Below the pieces are notes generated by a model, which ran no database searches, had not been told where the DNA came from, and saw only the letters and a list, made by a program, of their open reading frames with translations. A stretch of 63,076 nucleotides of DNA, counting the filler, from Welwitschia mirabilis (taxonomy: Eukaryota), in the NCBI GenBank assembly GCA_051453625.1. It is 3 parts of one record of this genome, joined end to end, with 100 filler letters (N's around TTAATTAATTAA, not from the genome) between each part and the next. Parts side by side here need not be neighbours in the genome. Positions count along the whole stretch, not along the records: positions 1 to 24,062 come from JBOZIK010000001.1; 2 more parts are not named here. One strand, written 5' to 3'. The position numbers and the translations under genes are program-made. Each line of letters opens with the position of its first letter. Within the stretch, counting starts at the first letter, position 1. Positions 1 to 13,382 of the stretch are shown here, one piece after another.

Positions 1-900
1 CCTCAAGTGTATTAAATGCAAGTTGACATGAATCAATCTAATTAAATTTAGCATTTTTTGAGTAATGAGTGAAGGGGTTTACAAACCTTAGCATAACCAT
101 GAATAAAATGATGATAAAAGCTAGCATGACTAAGAAATGATCTAACTTATTTTACATTGGTTAGAGGCCTAAGGTTTTTAATGATATTAAATTTTATATA
201 ATCCATATGAATTCATCCTTTGAAATGGGGTAATCTAAAATAATTCCATTGTTGATAAAGAGGAAAATTTTTCTCAGCTTAAGTGTAGGCCACTTTCTAT
301 ATATTAATTTAAGACTTTCTCTAATATTTCTAGAATTTGTTCAAAGATTTCATCAAAGATGGAGAAGTCATCCATAAATATTTTAATATAATCCTCTATC
401 ATGTTAGAAAATATCCTTATCATTTCTCATTGAAAGGTTCCATGGGCACTAAAAAGTCCAAAAGGCATTTTTCTAAAGGCAAAAGGCCTAAAGGATGAGG
501 TAAAGGTTATTTTGGATTGGCCTTTACTTACTATGTAAAATTTATTATACCCATTATATTCATTAAGAAAATAATAGTAGAAATGACCTTTGATTCTATC
601 AAAAACTTGACCAAGAAAGGGTAAAGGGTAATAATCCTTTTTAGTGACCTTATTAAGCTTTCAAAAATAAATGCACATTCTTCATTTTTCATCTATTTTT
701 TGATCTACTATCAAAAGGCTAATCCACTCACTATCAGATATAGCATAGATGATTATAGCATCCATAAGTTTAAGAATTTCATCTTTAACTACTTACTTAA
801 GGATTAGGTTGAGCTTTTGTTAGGATTATTTAACAAGTTCAGCATTATTCTAAAGGTAAATTTTATATTGGATTATGGAAAGAGGGATGGCATCTAAATG
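1..900 (-). pseudogene. Ty3/gypsy reverse transcriptase remnant (Athila type)
   Basis: The reverse complement of 361-510 reads ITFTSSFRPFAFRKMPFGLFSAHGTFQ*EMIRIFSNMIEDYIKIFMDDFS, matching the MPFGLxNAPATFQR and FMDDF motifs. Confidence 0.9.
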
Positions 901-1399
901 TTTATGAATCTAAGAAAAGGCATCTTCTTTAAAAGTTAAGAGTGAGATTAAGTTGGATTCTTATTAAGAGGTAAGGAATCACTTATTATCAAAGGTTTCT
1001 TTGGATTATTGCATAGAAAAATATATTTCAGACCTTTAGGAAGCTCTTTCAAATCTAAGTTAGAGTTTTATAGTGTCATCTTATATATCATGGGGATGAT
1101 AGAGTGGAATGATAGTATTCAAAAAGGTTATCTAGAAATAAATATGTTAGGTTTCCTCCTAGTTTACATTTTCCTCATTCTTAGGCTCAAAACAATGTAT
1201 TTTAATTAGTTCATCATATAAAGTTGGTTCATGCAGCATTATCAATCTCCTCAATTGGGTGATGTTTTAAAAATAAAATTAGTTTAAGTTATTATTCTAA
1301 TTTAAACTCATATCTTACTTCTTTTTCAATAGCATTAAAAACTTGAATGATGAACTTATTATTGCCTATATGATATTCCATCATTCTGGGTCGTGTATG

Positions 1400-3400
1400 A
1401 ATGATACAGTAGGCAGTGGCATAAAAGGCTCTTTCTAAGCATAGTGGATAACCTCCATTATGTTCTACTTTAATGATGACTACATGTATAGGGTAAAAAG
1501 CTTCTTCTATTTAGATGACTAAGTCCTTAATAATTTCTAAGGGTTTTAATTTAAATATTAGCTAATTTCAAGATAATTCTTATAGATTCTATTATATTTT
1601 CCAACCCAAGTATTTTACATATGTTAAGAGACATGATTTTTACACTAATTCTTATGTCAATTAAAGCTTTTTGAATTATTTTGTTTTCTTCCAAAGTGAT
1701 ACCTATTGTTGCTACCCTACGTTCTTTTAACTTAGGACACTTTTTCATGACTAAGCTACAAATAGATTAAGTAAGAAAAGATTTACTAGGAATGATATGT
1801 TTTTGTTTTTTTTCTTATAAAGTCTTTACATAGCTTATAATATTTAAAATTTTCTTGCAATATTCTTTAAAAATGTAAGTTGATGTTTACATCTTATATC
1901 AAACCTTTCAAGTGCTTATCATATGTAGGATTCATGTTTAACCTATTAAGTAAATAAGTAGATGTTTTCATTTCTTTATTTTCTTGTGAAGAAGTTTTAG
2001 TAGTGGTTTTAGCATGTGATGTTAATGGGAAGTTATATGAGTCAAAAATTTCTACATAATATTCTTTATTACTTTTTTTAATTGTTTTTGAAAGTTGAAA
2101 CCTCATGGGTAGGAGGTGTTATATCATTTCTGTTTCTCGCTACTACCTTTAAACCTCTGTTGACTTCATTTTGATTGGGTAAAGATTAGAATGCAAGAGA
2201 CCCTTATGGTCTTTGATTAGTAAATATTATTTGCTAAAGCACATTCACTAAGTTTTTAATATCAACATTAGTTTTTTCTTGCACCTTATTTAATTCTTTT
2301 ATGGAATTTTTAAGTGAATAATTTTGATTCGATTGAAAATTGAGGTTATTTGGTTAGAGGTTTAAATTCTTGAATCTATTCTCAAAAGATTTCCATTATG
2401 ATTGTACACCTAATCTTTGTTGAAATTATAGTTGACTTTAAAATTTAAGTATTATTTGGTTGGATGCACATACCTCCTTAAACATCCTCTCTTTACAAGT
2501 TAGCAATAAGGGACACTCTTTAGTCGAATGAAAGTTGCCTTCATAAATATCATAATTTAGATTTATGTTTTCATCTTTTACTAACTTTGCATCAACTATC
2601 AATTGAATATACTTCTCAAAAGTGATAGTGAAATCCTTAATTAAGTTGGTTAAATTAGCTCTCTCTTCTTCTTTATCATGTTTTAGTTCCTTTAAATCTT
2701 TTGTGATTTAGACTACAATTCAATTTTTCTTAGTGGGTTTTGGCCAAGTTTGACTTATCTCTACTATATTTTCCAACACATTCCATGCATCCTCTAAGAC
2801 TAAGTTCATCAAGTTTCCACTACAAGAAAAGTCTACAAGTTGTTTAGTTTGACTATCAAATCCACTGTAGAAATAACTAACTAATTCTTCTTTATAGAAT
2901 TCATCAATAGGATTTGAATGGATAACTATGATAAAATGCTTATATGTTATGGCATAATCCTCATGAGGTTCTTGCTAAAAGTTGGTAACTTTTTTTCTTC
3001 TTTTTTCCATGATACTTGGACTTAAAAATATTTTAATAGAAACTTCTTGCACTTTACTCCATGATTTATGAGTCTTATTTGAAATGATTTTAAGCCAATG
3101 TTTTGCCTTTTCTCTAACTGTAACTGGAAAAGTAATCATGTAAGTATGATTACTAATGTGTTTGTTTTCATTTTCTAAAACAAGCATAAGTTATTCAATG
3201 TCAGCTAGATGTTGGAAAGGGTCTTCCTTAGGTTCTCTTGAAAATGTTGGATAGGCACTCAAATTTATTAATTCTAAATCATCACAAGTAGATAAATCAA
3301 AAGGATTTTAGATTTCGCATTTTCTATTAGCAATTAAATCTCTAAGAGAAATGATTGCATTGGAAGTAGAAGTTCCTATCATGATTTGCATATTAGATGA
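1400..3400 (-). pseudogene. Ty3/gypsy gag and aspartic protease remnants
   Basis: Gag-like fragments (DPFQHLADIE; FPVTVREKAKHWL; VSYFYSGFDSQTKQLVDFSCSG) and protease-like KALIDIRISVKIMSL. Homologous to 37500-39600 and 61600-63076. Confidence 0.75.
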
Positions 3401-4103
3401 AGTGAATTTTATTTTTTTTCTTTTCTTTTTTTTGTTCTTTTTACAAGGATTTTGACATAGATGAAGAAGAAATGATATGATCTACTTCTATGCTATAATT
3501 TTATTTTAGAAAAGTCCTCTTCTTCAATTCTTGAAATTTGCATACCTAGAATATATGTACCTAGATTTTGATTAAAGTTAAATAATCCTTCTCTAATATT
3601 TTGTTCAATTAAGTTTTACTCTCTCTAATATTTTATCTTTCTACTAGAATTCACCATGTCACTATGTATCTTAGAAAGTAAAATAGAAATTAAAATAACA
3701 TATAACTAGCAATCATCCACTTGGCTGTGGAACTAATAGAAAGGATGATGCTTACAATAATAAAAGACTAAAATTAGGGAAAAACTTTAACTAAAAAACA
3801 CTACTATCATTCAACCTGATATTTAGATGACAAAAAATAAGATATTATTATTATTACTAATCTATAGATAAAAAGAAAATTTTTGAAATAGAAAATAAAT
3901 TAAAAAATTCAGAACTCTCATTCCCAATATCATGGGAATAATAGAGAGGATGACAATGATATTTAAAACTATAGAAAAATGAAAATTACCAAAATAAACC
4001 TACTAACTAATAATAAAAATATAGCACTATTTTAACTAAATAATATAAATTAAAATTCAAGGTACTTATCTAGATAGTGACAATTCTCCAACTCCTTATC
4101 ACT

Positions 4104-4122
4104 TTCCTTAGAAATGATACCA
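4104..4122 (-). promoter_or_regulatory. Degenerate primer-binding site (tRNA-Asp type, as in Athila)
   Basis: Minus strand reads TGGTATCATTTCTAAGGAA, 3 nt after the LTR end ..AAACA. It resembles a C>T/G>A-decayed TGGCGCCGTTGCCGGGGA and sits in the same position as the sites at 31890, 40242 and 61062. Confidence 0.55.
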
Positions 4123-4125
4123 AAA

Positions 4126-4857
4126 TGTTTTGATGTGAATTTATGTAATCTTTAAATCCTTAGGCAAAACTATAAATCATAATACTTGTAGAAAATAGAT
4201 ACTAATATAGATAAGAGTTAATTCAAATGTTGTAATCTATTAAAGACACTAGGCTATAAGTTAGAGAATTGATTTTGTAAAGTATTTTTAGTATTTTCTA
4301 TTATCTTAAATGAAAGTAAACAACAATGCAAGTAAAGTGCAACATGAATGTTGGTGAAATGCGATGGATTAAATATAAGTAATATGAGTTATATTTTGAT
4401 TTTCATTATCTTATCATAAGAATTAGTTCTTTATAATTCATATCAATTAGGAAGAGTTTATCACTTGTTCCTAACCAATATGAACTATAAAATATTCCAA
4501 ATAGAACATGGATAATGCAAATGTAAAATGGAATAAAGGAAATATAATGCAAGATTTAGACTAATAAGTTAACCTTAACAAAGATTGTCTTATGGTCTAA
4601 ATAAATTATAGGATTGTCACTTAACTATAGCCATAAAGGACATTTACGTAATAGTAGTGAAAAGAGTAATTAAATTAATCATGAAGTTTTACATCCAATT
4701 ACAACAAAGTAGTAGCACTTCAATGAAGGATACTCAGTTTAACACTAAGGTAAACTTCTCTCTATGGCTACTAGATGAACCTATTATCCTTTAATATTAT
4801 CTCACAAGAATATCTAGTATAAAAGATGAAAATGAAAGCGAAGAAAATGGAGAGTAT
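4126..4857 (-). repeat. Partial gypsy LTR
   Basis: Starts TGTTTTGATGTGAATTTATG. It is the reverse-complement homologue of about 31200-31886 and a direct homologue of the sequence from 4858. Confidence 0.75.
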
Positions 4858-5581
4858 TATTGTAATGCAAATTTATATAGTCTTTAAGTACTTAATCAAA
4901 ACCTATAAATCACAATACTTGCAAAAAACACAAACTAGTATAGACAAAAGTTACCCTAAATATCATAATCTATTGAAGGAACTAGGCTAGAAGTTAGAAA
5001 ATTGATTTTCAAAAGTATTTTTAGTCTTTTTTATTTTAGTAAATAAAAATAAATAAGAATGTAAATGTCAGGCAAGATGAGTGATGGTGAAAATTCAATT
5101 TATGGAATGTAAGTTAGATGAGTTATATCTAGACTCTAATTATCTTTTCACAAGGACTATTTTGTCATAACTGTTATAGTGTGTATGTCTGCAAGCATTT
5201 TATATTCAAATGGATTCTATCATTCAAAAAATAAAATAGNNNNNNNNNNTAGGAGTTAACCCTAATGTAGTATTTTCATTAAAAACTATGAGATGAGACT
5301 TTGATTGCTTTCCAAAAATAAATGAAGTAATCAAAACTAAAGAATAATGCAAGAAATAAAAGATGCAATTCAAACTAAAAACTACACTACTTTTCTTAGC
5401 CTTAATAAATGCTACGCTTGATGATCTATATCATCCAAAAAATTGTTATTAGATCAAAGGAAACATAAACCATAAGGAACATTAGATAATATATTATGTA
5501 ATAAAGAAAATAGAATTTATATTAAAGAGGTAATAAAGCATTTAGGTTATAAAACAACCAAGTCTCAATGAAAGATACATT
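4858..5581 (-). repeat. Gypsy LTR, left half (interrupted by the copia array; continues at 17712)
   Basis: 4858-5160 repeats 4126-4430. It ends ..CAATGAAAGATACATT at the array border, and homologous uninterrupted LTRs (e.g. 29440-29530) continue with the sequence found after 17711. There is a 10-N gap at 5240. Confidence 0.65.
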
Positions 5582-6769
5582 TGTAGGATTATGAACCCTA
5601 GAGGGGAGTGAATATGAATTTTAAATAATTTAAATAATTATTACTACCCAATTAATAAATTATGAGATAAAAACATATAACAAAACAAACTTAAAAAAGA
5701 ACCAAAGAAATTCACAAGACAAGATTTATAGTGGTTTGAGATACATCCTACTCCATTCTTGAAAGATAGTTAATAACCAAGACTATTTCAAATCTTTGTT
5801 ACATCACTATGCACCAGGTTTTTCAGGCTAATCTTTAACCTTATAAAGCAGACTTTTTAAGGCTAAGTCTTAACCTTCGTAAATAGACTTTTGCAAGCTT
5901 AGTTTTAACCTTTAGAAAATAAACATTTTTACGATTAGTATCAACCTTTAGAAAATGCACATTGGTAAGTGAGGGAATGAAGTCTCTATGATCTAAGTCA
6001 CTTAAATAAAATAACTAATAATGGAACCTTATTTTTCAGATTAGGTACAAAAGTAAGTAGTAAGTGAGAAAAGAATAATAATATAAAGATAAGCTCTTCA
6101 TATTAAGAGTGCAACCTTCTTTTTCAAAAATCCATTCTAATGTTAAGCCATTTAGGTTTTTGAGTGTTGTCTCTTTAAATAGATTTCCCCAAAATATAAT
6201 TGTTTAGATAGTTTAAAGGAATTTAACATTTGCAATGGATAGACTTAGTGAAGTAACAATTAGAAAACTGCTTTAAAAATTTTTATGTCTGTGATGACTA
6301 GTAGACTTCTCAAACATCCATTTAACCTAAGTAAGTTACATCACTTAATCTAGTTACTTCTTTTATCATTTGGCTGATTTAAGTAAATCACATTACTTGG
6401 TCTGATTACCCCCATCTAAAATATGGTCGACTTCTTTTATTTAGATTCATTTGACTCCACATGAGTTCAGTCAACCCCATAGGACATAATACATATTGGA
6501 AAAGCTTAAAAAATGCATATCAAGGTCTAGTTAACCCCTCAAAAACCTAGTTAACCCCATATGAAGTAGCTCAAAATGAGTACTTTCAAGTTTGGTCAAC
6601 TTCTACATTAAGTTCTTGGTCAAAAAGTCAAGTTACTTTAATCAGAATATGTCCAAATCTTGCTATCATTTAGATATAGCTCTTGCAGTTTCTTCCATCT
6701 CTAAAATCACATTTCATTTTATAAAGATCATATTACTTTGAAATCAACTAGTAATAAAAAATCCTAATA
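5582..6769 (-). repeat. Array LTR1 (3'-most, 1188 bp)
   Basis: TGTAGG...AATCCTAATA. The minus-strand end TATTCACTCCCCTCTAGGG..CCTACA is the Sirevirus-type C-rich LTR-end motif. PPT adjacent at 6770. Confidence 0.9.
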
Positions 6770-7010
6770 ATCTCTCCCTTTAACATTAATGGTAAATAAA
6801 TAAGTGATTTTAAGATCAAACAAATATTTCATCTTTAAGCTCTTTCTAACAAGGCATATTAACATAATAAAATCTTCCCCTTTTACAAAGCCATATAAAC
6901 ACTATTAAGTAAAGGGTATATTTCCTTCTAAAGAAGAAATATTTTGAAATAAATCATTTTAAATTCATGCATGTTTTTGAAAACATCATATATTCTTCCC
7001 CTTTGACATC
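6770..7010 (-). promoter_or_regulatory. Multiple polypurine tracts (Sirevirus multi-PPT-like) of unit 1
   Basis: Minus strand has AAAGGGAGAGAT abutting the LTR, plus AAAGGGGAAGAT (about 6871-6884) and AAAGGGGAAGAAT (about 6992-7004). The same pattern follows 10176 and 13382. Confidence 0.7.
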
Positions 7011-7409
7011 AATGGCAAAGAATTAAAAAAGAGAGATAAAAAGCTATAAGCCTTAGACATGTGGTGCGAAATATCATATTTTATCCTCCTATCTTTATGC
7101 CATATATAAAAATAATAATCATGATAGAGTTTTCAAAGCTAGTAAGTAAATGGAATGATAATTTTTAATTTATAATTTCCAAAATAAACCCAACTCATGC
7201 TATGTTCATAATTATAAGTTTTAATTACAAAGTAACACAACAAAATATTTAAATCTTATAATAAAATATCCCCCAAAAAAATCACCATTATGATGAAAGT
7301 CCAAAAAAAAGGTTAATATTATAATGATGATTCAAATAAGAATATCATATTACAACAATAAATTATTTAAAATAAATTTTAATAATTAATAATTAATCAA
7401 AATAATGAC

Positions 7410-8919
7410 ATACTACTAAAGTTAAAATTTTATTGAATAAAAAATATTCTAAATTCTCAGCTTTTAGCCATATGGTCTTTCTTAACTTTTGGGTAGAGAC
7501 TTATTTAGGAAAAAATTTAAATGATAAAGTATAAATGTTTGAAAAATACATACTTTTCCTATATGGCCAATTAATATTTAAATAACCAATTTTTTAGCAA
7601 AAATAACAAGTGATATTTTTGGCAAAACATGTTATACTTATAATACTTACCTCACTAGATGAAGTTGATGTACTATTACCTTTAAATTTAATACCCTTTT
7701 ATCTAAGTAGTTTATTTGATCCTTCTATAAATCTACTCAAGACTTGTGAAGATTGGCTTAAATTCTTCATGAGACTTGTATTTTCTTCTTGAATATCTTT
7801 ATATCTTTGATTTATGACTTCATTCTTCCTTTTCAAATTCTTGATGATATTTTTTAATTTATAGACTTTTACAGCAAGCCTTTCACATTCTTGATATAGT
7901 TCAAGACATGTATCTTCAACATCCTCCTCTTATTCATCTTTATTCATGTCCAAATCATCATGCTAAAAGAGTTTTGGTGATTAATTAGTGGGAATTACAA
8001 GTGCCATGAATGAAAGTATTTCATGTTATTTAGGTTCTTCATCTGAGATTTCTTCTTACATACTTTTAAAAGAAAAAATATTCTTTNNNNNNNNNNNNNN
8101 NNNNNNNNNNNNNNNNNNNNNNNNNNNNNNNNNNNNNNNNNNNNNNNNNNNNNNNNNNNNNNNNNNNNNNNNNNNNNNNNNNNNNNGCCATGAATGAAAG
8201 TATTTCATGTTATTTAGGTTCTTCATCTGAGATTACTTCTTACATACTTTTAAAAGAAAAACTATTCTTTCTATTCTTTTAACTCACAAGTTTGAAGGCT
8301 ACCTTATAGTTTGTATAATGACATCTTACTGAGACATTTACTTTCTTTTATTTTAGTAACCTTTGGTTCAAATCTCTTGGCAATAGATCTTTAGACCTTC
8401 CTTACTATATTGACTTTCTTCATCTTTTCTCTAAGGCTTGCCATTGAGTTTATAATGTTCATTAGATTGGTAAATAACTTCTAAAGAGTATCTTTCTCAT
8501 CCATCTTAATCTATTTAAATTTTGTAATTAGCATATGCATCTTTACTTGCTTGACAATAGATGTTCCTTTATAAAAAATAGTAAGAATATCCCATGCTTC
8601 TTTGACAGTCTAGCAATTTACTATTCTCTTGAACTCATCTACATTTATAACACAAGAAATTGCATTCAAAACATGAGCATTAATAATAGCATTAGCTTTA
8701 TCTAATTAAGTTTATTTATTTTTTAGTTTTAACACTACTAAAGAATTACCATTGACATCCTTTTGAGTTGTGGTAGGGTGACTATAACCTATGATTAAAA
8801 TATCCTCATAATCTATATAAAGAGGTATTAAGAATATTATCATTCTAGCCTTCTAATATCCATAGTTTATTCCACCAAATAAGCTTAGAAATAGAGAAAT
8901 GTTCTATAATAAAACTCAT
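7410..8919 (-). pseudogene. Copia gag, unit 1 (decayed)
   Basis: NYGY*KARMIIFL..DEFKRIVNC*TVKEAWDIL..GTSIVKQVKMHMLITKF; zinc-knuckle remnant TCYFC*KIGYL; KTIWLK end motif. Contains a 100-N gap. Confidence 0.85.
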
Positions 8920-8989
8920 GACTAGAGTTATTGAGTCAAAGATTGGTTAAAATCTTAGTGTTGACTCAACTTAAAGCTTTGATATCATA

Positions 8990-10176
8990 TGTAGGATAAT
9001 GAACCCTGGAGAGGATGGGGGCTGAATAGGACTTTGGAAAATTTAAATATTTCTTACTATCTAATAAAAAAATATGAGATAAAAACATATAACAAAACAA
9101 ACTCAAAATAAAAATCAAAGAAATGCATAAGATGAAGATTTATAATGGTTCAAAATACATCCTACTTCACTTGTAGAAGATATTCAATAAACAAGACTAT
9201 TCTAGATTTTTATTACATCACTCTGCACTAGGTTTTTAAGCATAAGCTTTAATCTTATAAAGCAGACTTTTTTATGCTAAGTCTTAACCTTAATAAGTAG
9301 GCTTTTGCAGGCTTGGTTTCAACCTTTAGAAAATAGACTTTTTTGGGATTAGTCTCAATCTTTAGAAAATGCATAATGGTGAGTGAGGGAATAAAGTTTC
9401 TATGCTCTAAGTCACTCAAATATAAGAACTAATAATGAATTCTTATTACTCAAATTTAATTCAAGCTAAGTGCTAAGTAAAAGAAGAATGATAGTACAAA
9501 TATAATCCATGTAGATCAAAAGTGCAATATTCCTTTTTAAAAATCCATTGCAATGTTAAGCCTTTTAGCTTTTTGAGTGTTGCATCTTTAAATAGATTTT
9601 CTTAAAATATAACCATTTAAATAGTTGAAAAGAAATCTGACATTTACAATGGATATATTTGATGAAGTAATAGTTAGAAAATTGTTTTAAACATTTCTGC
9701 TTCTGTGTTGATCGATTGATCCCTTGAACATTCAGTTGATCCAAGTAACTTACATCACTTGATCCAATAGCCTTCTTTATACTGACCTACATAACTCACA
9801 TTAGTTGGTCTAGTCGCCCACATATAAAATCTAATTGACTGCTTTTCTTCAAGTCTGATCAACCCCACATGAGTCTGGTCGACCCCATAGAACATAGTAC
9901 ATATGGAAATGCTTAAAAAATACATCTCCAAGTTTGGGTAACCCCTTAAAAATCTAGTGGACCCTAATGAAGTAGCCTAAAATGAGTATTTCCAAGTTTT
10001 ATTGAATTTTTATATTAATTCATTAGTTAGAAAATCAAGTTACTATAATTAGAACATGTCCAAATCTTGCTATCTTTTGGATATAGATCCTATAGCTTCT
10101 TGTATCTATAAAATAACATTTCATTATACAAAGATCATATTATTTTAACATCAATTGATAATATAAAATCCTAATA
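8990..10176 (-). repeat. Array LTR2 (1187 bp)
   Basis: Co-linear with LTR1. Flanked by a degenerate PBS (8976-8987) on one side and a PPT (from 10177) on the other. Confidence 0.9.
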
Positions 10177-10799
10177 ATCTCTCCCTTTAACATTGATGGA
10201 AAATAAATAAGTGATTTTAAAATCAAACAAATATTTCATATTTAAGATCTCTCCAATAAGGCATATTAACATCATAAAAGATTTCACTTTCACAACCATA
10301 CAAACAATATCAAGTAAAGGATGTATTTCCTTATAAGGAAGGAATATTTCTAAAATAAAAAATTTTTAGTTAATGTTTATTTTTGAAAACACCATATATT
10401 CTCACCTTTTGACATCAATGTAAAAGAATAAAGAAAGAAAGATAAAGAGCTATAAGCCTTAGACAGGGGAGAAATATTATATTTTCTCCCCTAAATTTAT
10501 GTTATATATAAAAATAATAATCATGATAGAGTTGTCAAAGCTAGTATATGAATGAGATGATAATTTTCAAGTCATAATTTCCAAAAGAAAATTAAATAAT
10601 GCTATGTTCATAAGTTTTAATTACAAAGTAAAACATCAAAATATTCAAAGCCTATACATAATTCTTCGCAAAAAAATCATCATTAAGATGCAAGTCCAAA
10701 AATAAGGTTAATATCACAATGATGATTCCAATAAGCATATCATATTATAATAATTAATGATGTAAAAGAAATTGTAATAATCAATAATTAATTAAATTA

Positions 10800-12155
10800 A
10801 TGACCTACTCCTAAAGTTAAAATTTTCTTGGATAAAGAAGATTCTAGATTCTTAGCTTTTATCCATATGGTCTTTCTTAACTTTTGGGTAGATACTTATT
10901 TGGAAATAAATTTAAATGATAAAGCATCAATGTTTTTAAAATACATACTTTTCTATATGAACAATTTAAATTTTAAATTACCAAATTTGACAAGTGATAT
11001 TTTTGGTAAAAGATGTTATACCTATAATACGTACTCATTAGATGAAATTAATGTACTATTTCCTTTAAATCCAATAGCCTTTTTTCACATATAAGTTGTC
11101 CCGATCCGAGCATATTCTTAAGTTTCTTTCATCATTTTATAAATCTACTTAATTCTTGTGAAGATTAGCTTAAATTCTTCAAGAGACTTATGTTTTATTC
11201 TTGAATCTTTTTATATATTTTATTTATGACTTTATTCTCACTTCTCAAGTCCTTAATAATATTTTTTGGTTCATTGACTTTTATAGAAAGCCTTTCACAT
11301 TCTTGATATAGTTCAAGTGTCTTCAACACCCTCCTCTTATTCATCTTGACTCATGTCTAAATCATCATTCTCAAAGAGTTTTGGTGATTGAGTAGTGGGA
11401 TTTACAAATTCCATGAATGATAATATTTCATGTTCTTTAGGTTCTTATTTCAATCTTTCTTCTTACATACTTTTATAAGAAAAACTCTTCTTTCTATTAT
11501 TAAAAAAGGTTAACTCATAAGTTTGAAGGTTACATTTAGTTTGTCTATTGGCATCTTACTGAGATCTTTACTTTCTTTAATTACAATCACCTTTAGTTTA
11601 AATCTCTTGGGAAGGAATGTTAAGACCTTTGTTACCATCTTGGCTTTCTTCATCTTTTCTTCAAGGCTTATCATCAAGTTTATAATGTCCATTAAGTTAT
11701 TAAAGAATTCCTAAAGAGTATTTTTCTTATCCATCTTAATCTCTTTGAATTTTATAATTAGCATTTACATCTTTGCTTGCTTGACAGTGGATGTTCCTTC
11801 ATGAGTAATAGAATATCTCATGCTTCTTTGACAGTTTGATAGTTTACTATTTTCTTGTACTCATATGCATTCATAGCAAAAAAAAAAAAATTGCATTCAA
11901 AGCATAAGCATTAATAATAGCATTAGCTTTATTTAATTTAGTTTATTTATTTTTTTGTTTCAACACTACTATAGAATTATCATTGACATTCTTTTGTGTT
12001 GTGATAGAATGGATCTAACTTGTGATCAAAATATCCTTATAATCTATATTAAGAAATCTTAAGAATATGATAATTCTAGCCTTCCAATATCGATAGTTTA
12101 TTCCATCAAGTAGTGGAGGCTTAGAAATAGAGAAACCTTCTATAGTAAAACTCAT
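10800..12155 (-). pseudogene. Copia gag, unit 2 (decayed)
   Basis: ATG at 12155: MSFTIEGFSISKPPLLDGINYRYWKARIIIFL. ORF 11510-11692 ..KVLTFLPKRFKLKVIVIKESKDLSKM.. is the UBN2/Retrotran_gag_2-type capsid region. Confidence 0.88.
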
Positions 12156-12211
12156 GGTTGGGGTTATTAAGTTAAAGATTGGTTAAAATCTTAGTGTTGA
12201 CTCAATCTGGA

Positions 12212-12223
12212 GCTCTGATACCA
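12212..12223 (-). promoter_or_regulatory. Primer-binding site, tRNA-iMet
   Basis: Perfect TGGTATCAGAGC on the minus strand, 2 nt from the end of LTR3. Confidence 0.95.
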
Positions 12224-12225
12224 TA

Positions 12226-13382
12226 TGTAGGATCATGAACCCTAGAGAAGAGGGATGAATAGGAGTTTTAAAATATTTATACATTTATTACTATCCAATA
12301 AAGAAATTATGAGATAAAAATATATAATAAAAAAACTCAAAAAAAAGAACTAAAGAAATGTACAAGACAAGATTTATACTAGTTTGGGAAATAACCTACT
12401 CCACTCTCGAAAGATAGTCAATAACTAAGACTATTATAGATCTTTATTGCATTACTATGCACAATGTTTTTAAGGCTAACCTTTAAACTTACAAAGTGGG
12501 ATTTTTAGAGTTAAGAATCAACCTTCATAAATAAACTTTTGTAGGCTTAGTCTCAACCTTCAATAAATGCACAATGATGAGTGAAAGAATGAAGCCTCTA
12601 TGCTCTAAATCACTTAAATGAAAGAACTAATAATAAATCCATATTGCTCAGATTTGGTATAAAGGTAAGTGTTGAGTGAGAGAAGAATGATAGTATAAAG
12701 ATAAGTCCTTTAGATCAAGAATGTAAATTTTCTTTTCAGAAATACATTCTAATGTGAAGATCTAAGTTTTTAAGCATTACCTCTTATTTATATATTTCTC
12801 CAAAATATAACTATTTGGATAGTTAAAAAGGAATCTAACATTTGCAACTAATAGATTTGGTGAAGTAACAGTTAGAAAATTTCTTTAAAATTTTTGCTTC
12901 TGCACTGATTGTCGACTCCTCGAAATATCTGGTTGACCTGAGTGACTCATGTCACTTGATCTAGTTTCCCTCTTTGTCATCTGGTCAAGTTGAGTAACTC
13001 ATGTTGCTTAGTCTAGTTTCCCCCATATAAAATCTAGTTGACTAGTCTTTTTTAGGTCCAGTCGATTCCATATGAGTTTGATCAACTCCATAGGATATAG
13101 TACATATGCGAAAGCTTAAAAAATGCATTTATAAGTCCAATTCTCACCCCCTAAAAAATATAGTCAACCCCATATGAAGTATCCCAAAATGAATATTTCA
13201 AAGTTTGATCAGCTCCTACTTTAAGTCCTTAGACAGAAACTCAAGTTAGTTTAATCAGAACATGTTTAAATCTTGCTATCTTTTAGATATAGATCTTATA
13301 GTTTCTTGTACTTATAAAATCACTTTTTATTCTACAAAGATCATATTAGTTTGATATCAATTAGCAAAATAAAATCCTAACA
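12226..13382 (-). repeat. Array LTR3 (1157 bp)
   Basis: Intact TG...CA termini (TGTAGG...CCTAACA). One ~35-bp subrepeat shorter than LTR1, 2 and 5. Confidence 0.92.

Larger units (their letters stand above)
1..4857 (-). mobile_element. Decayed Athila-like Ty3/gypsy LTR retrotransposon (partial 5' LTR, PBS, gag, protease, RT; continues past the left edge of the window)
   Basis: On the minus strand the order is LTR 4857-4126, PBS-like site, 5' UTR, gag remnants (ORF 2975-3187 ..FPVTVREKAKHWL..), protease remnant (ORF 1551-1748 ..KALIDIRISVKIMS..), RT. Many stops and frameshifts. Confidence 0.85.

Noticed and set aside
5574-5581. GATACATT left of LTR1 as a PBS remnant, implying a further array unit
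   Set aside because: It aligns with host gypsy LTR sequence (compare AATGAAGGATAC at about 4722) and no gag follows. It is better read as host sequence plus TSD.
8003-8270. Direct repeats on both sides of gaps (also 36320/37074, 40462/40642, 48104/48255)
   Set aside because: Near-identical 45-85 bp duplicates at gap edges are typical of unmerged contig overlaps. This also explains the longer period of unit 1.
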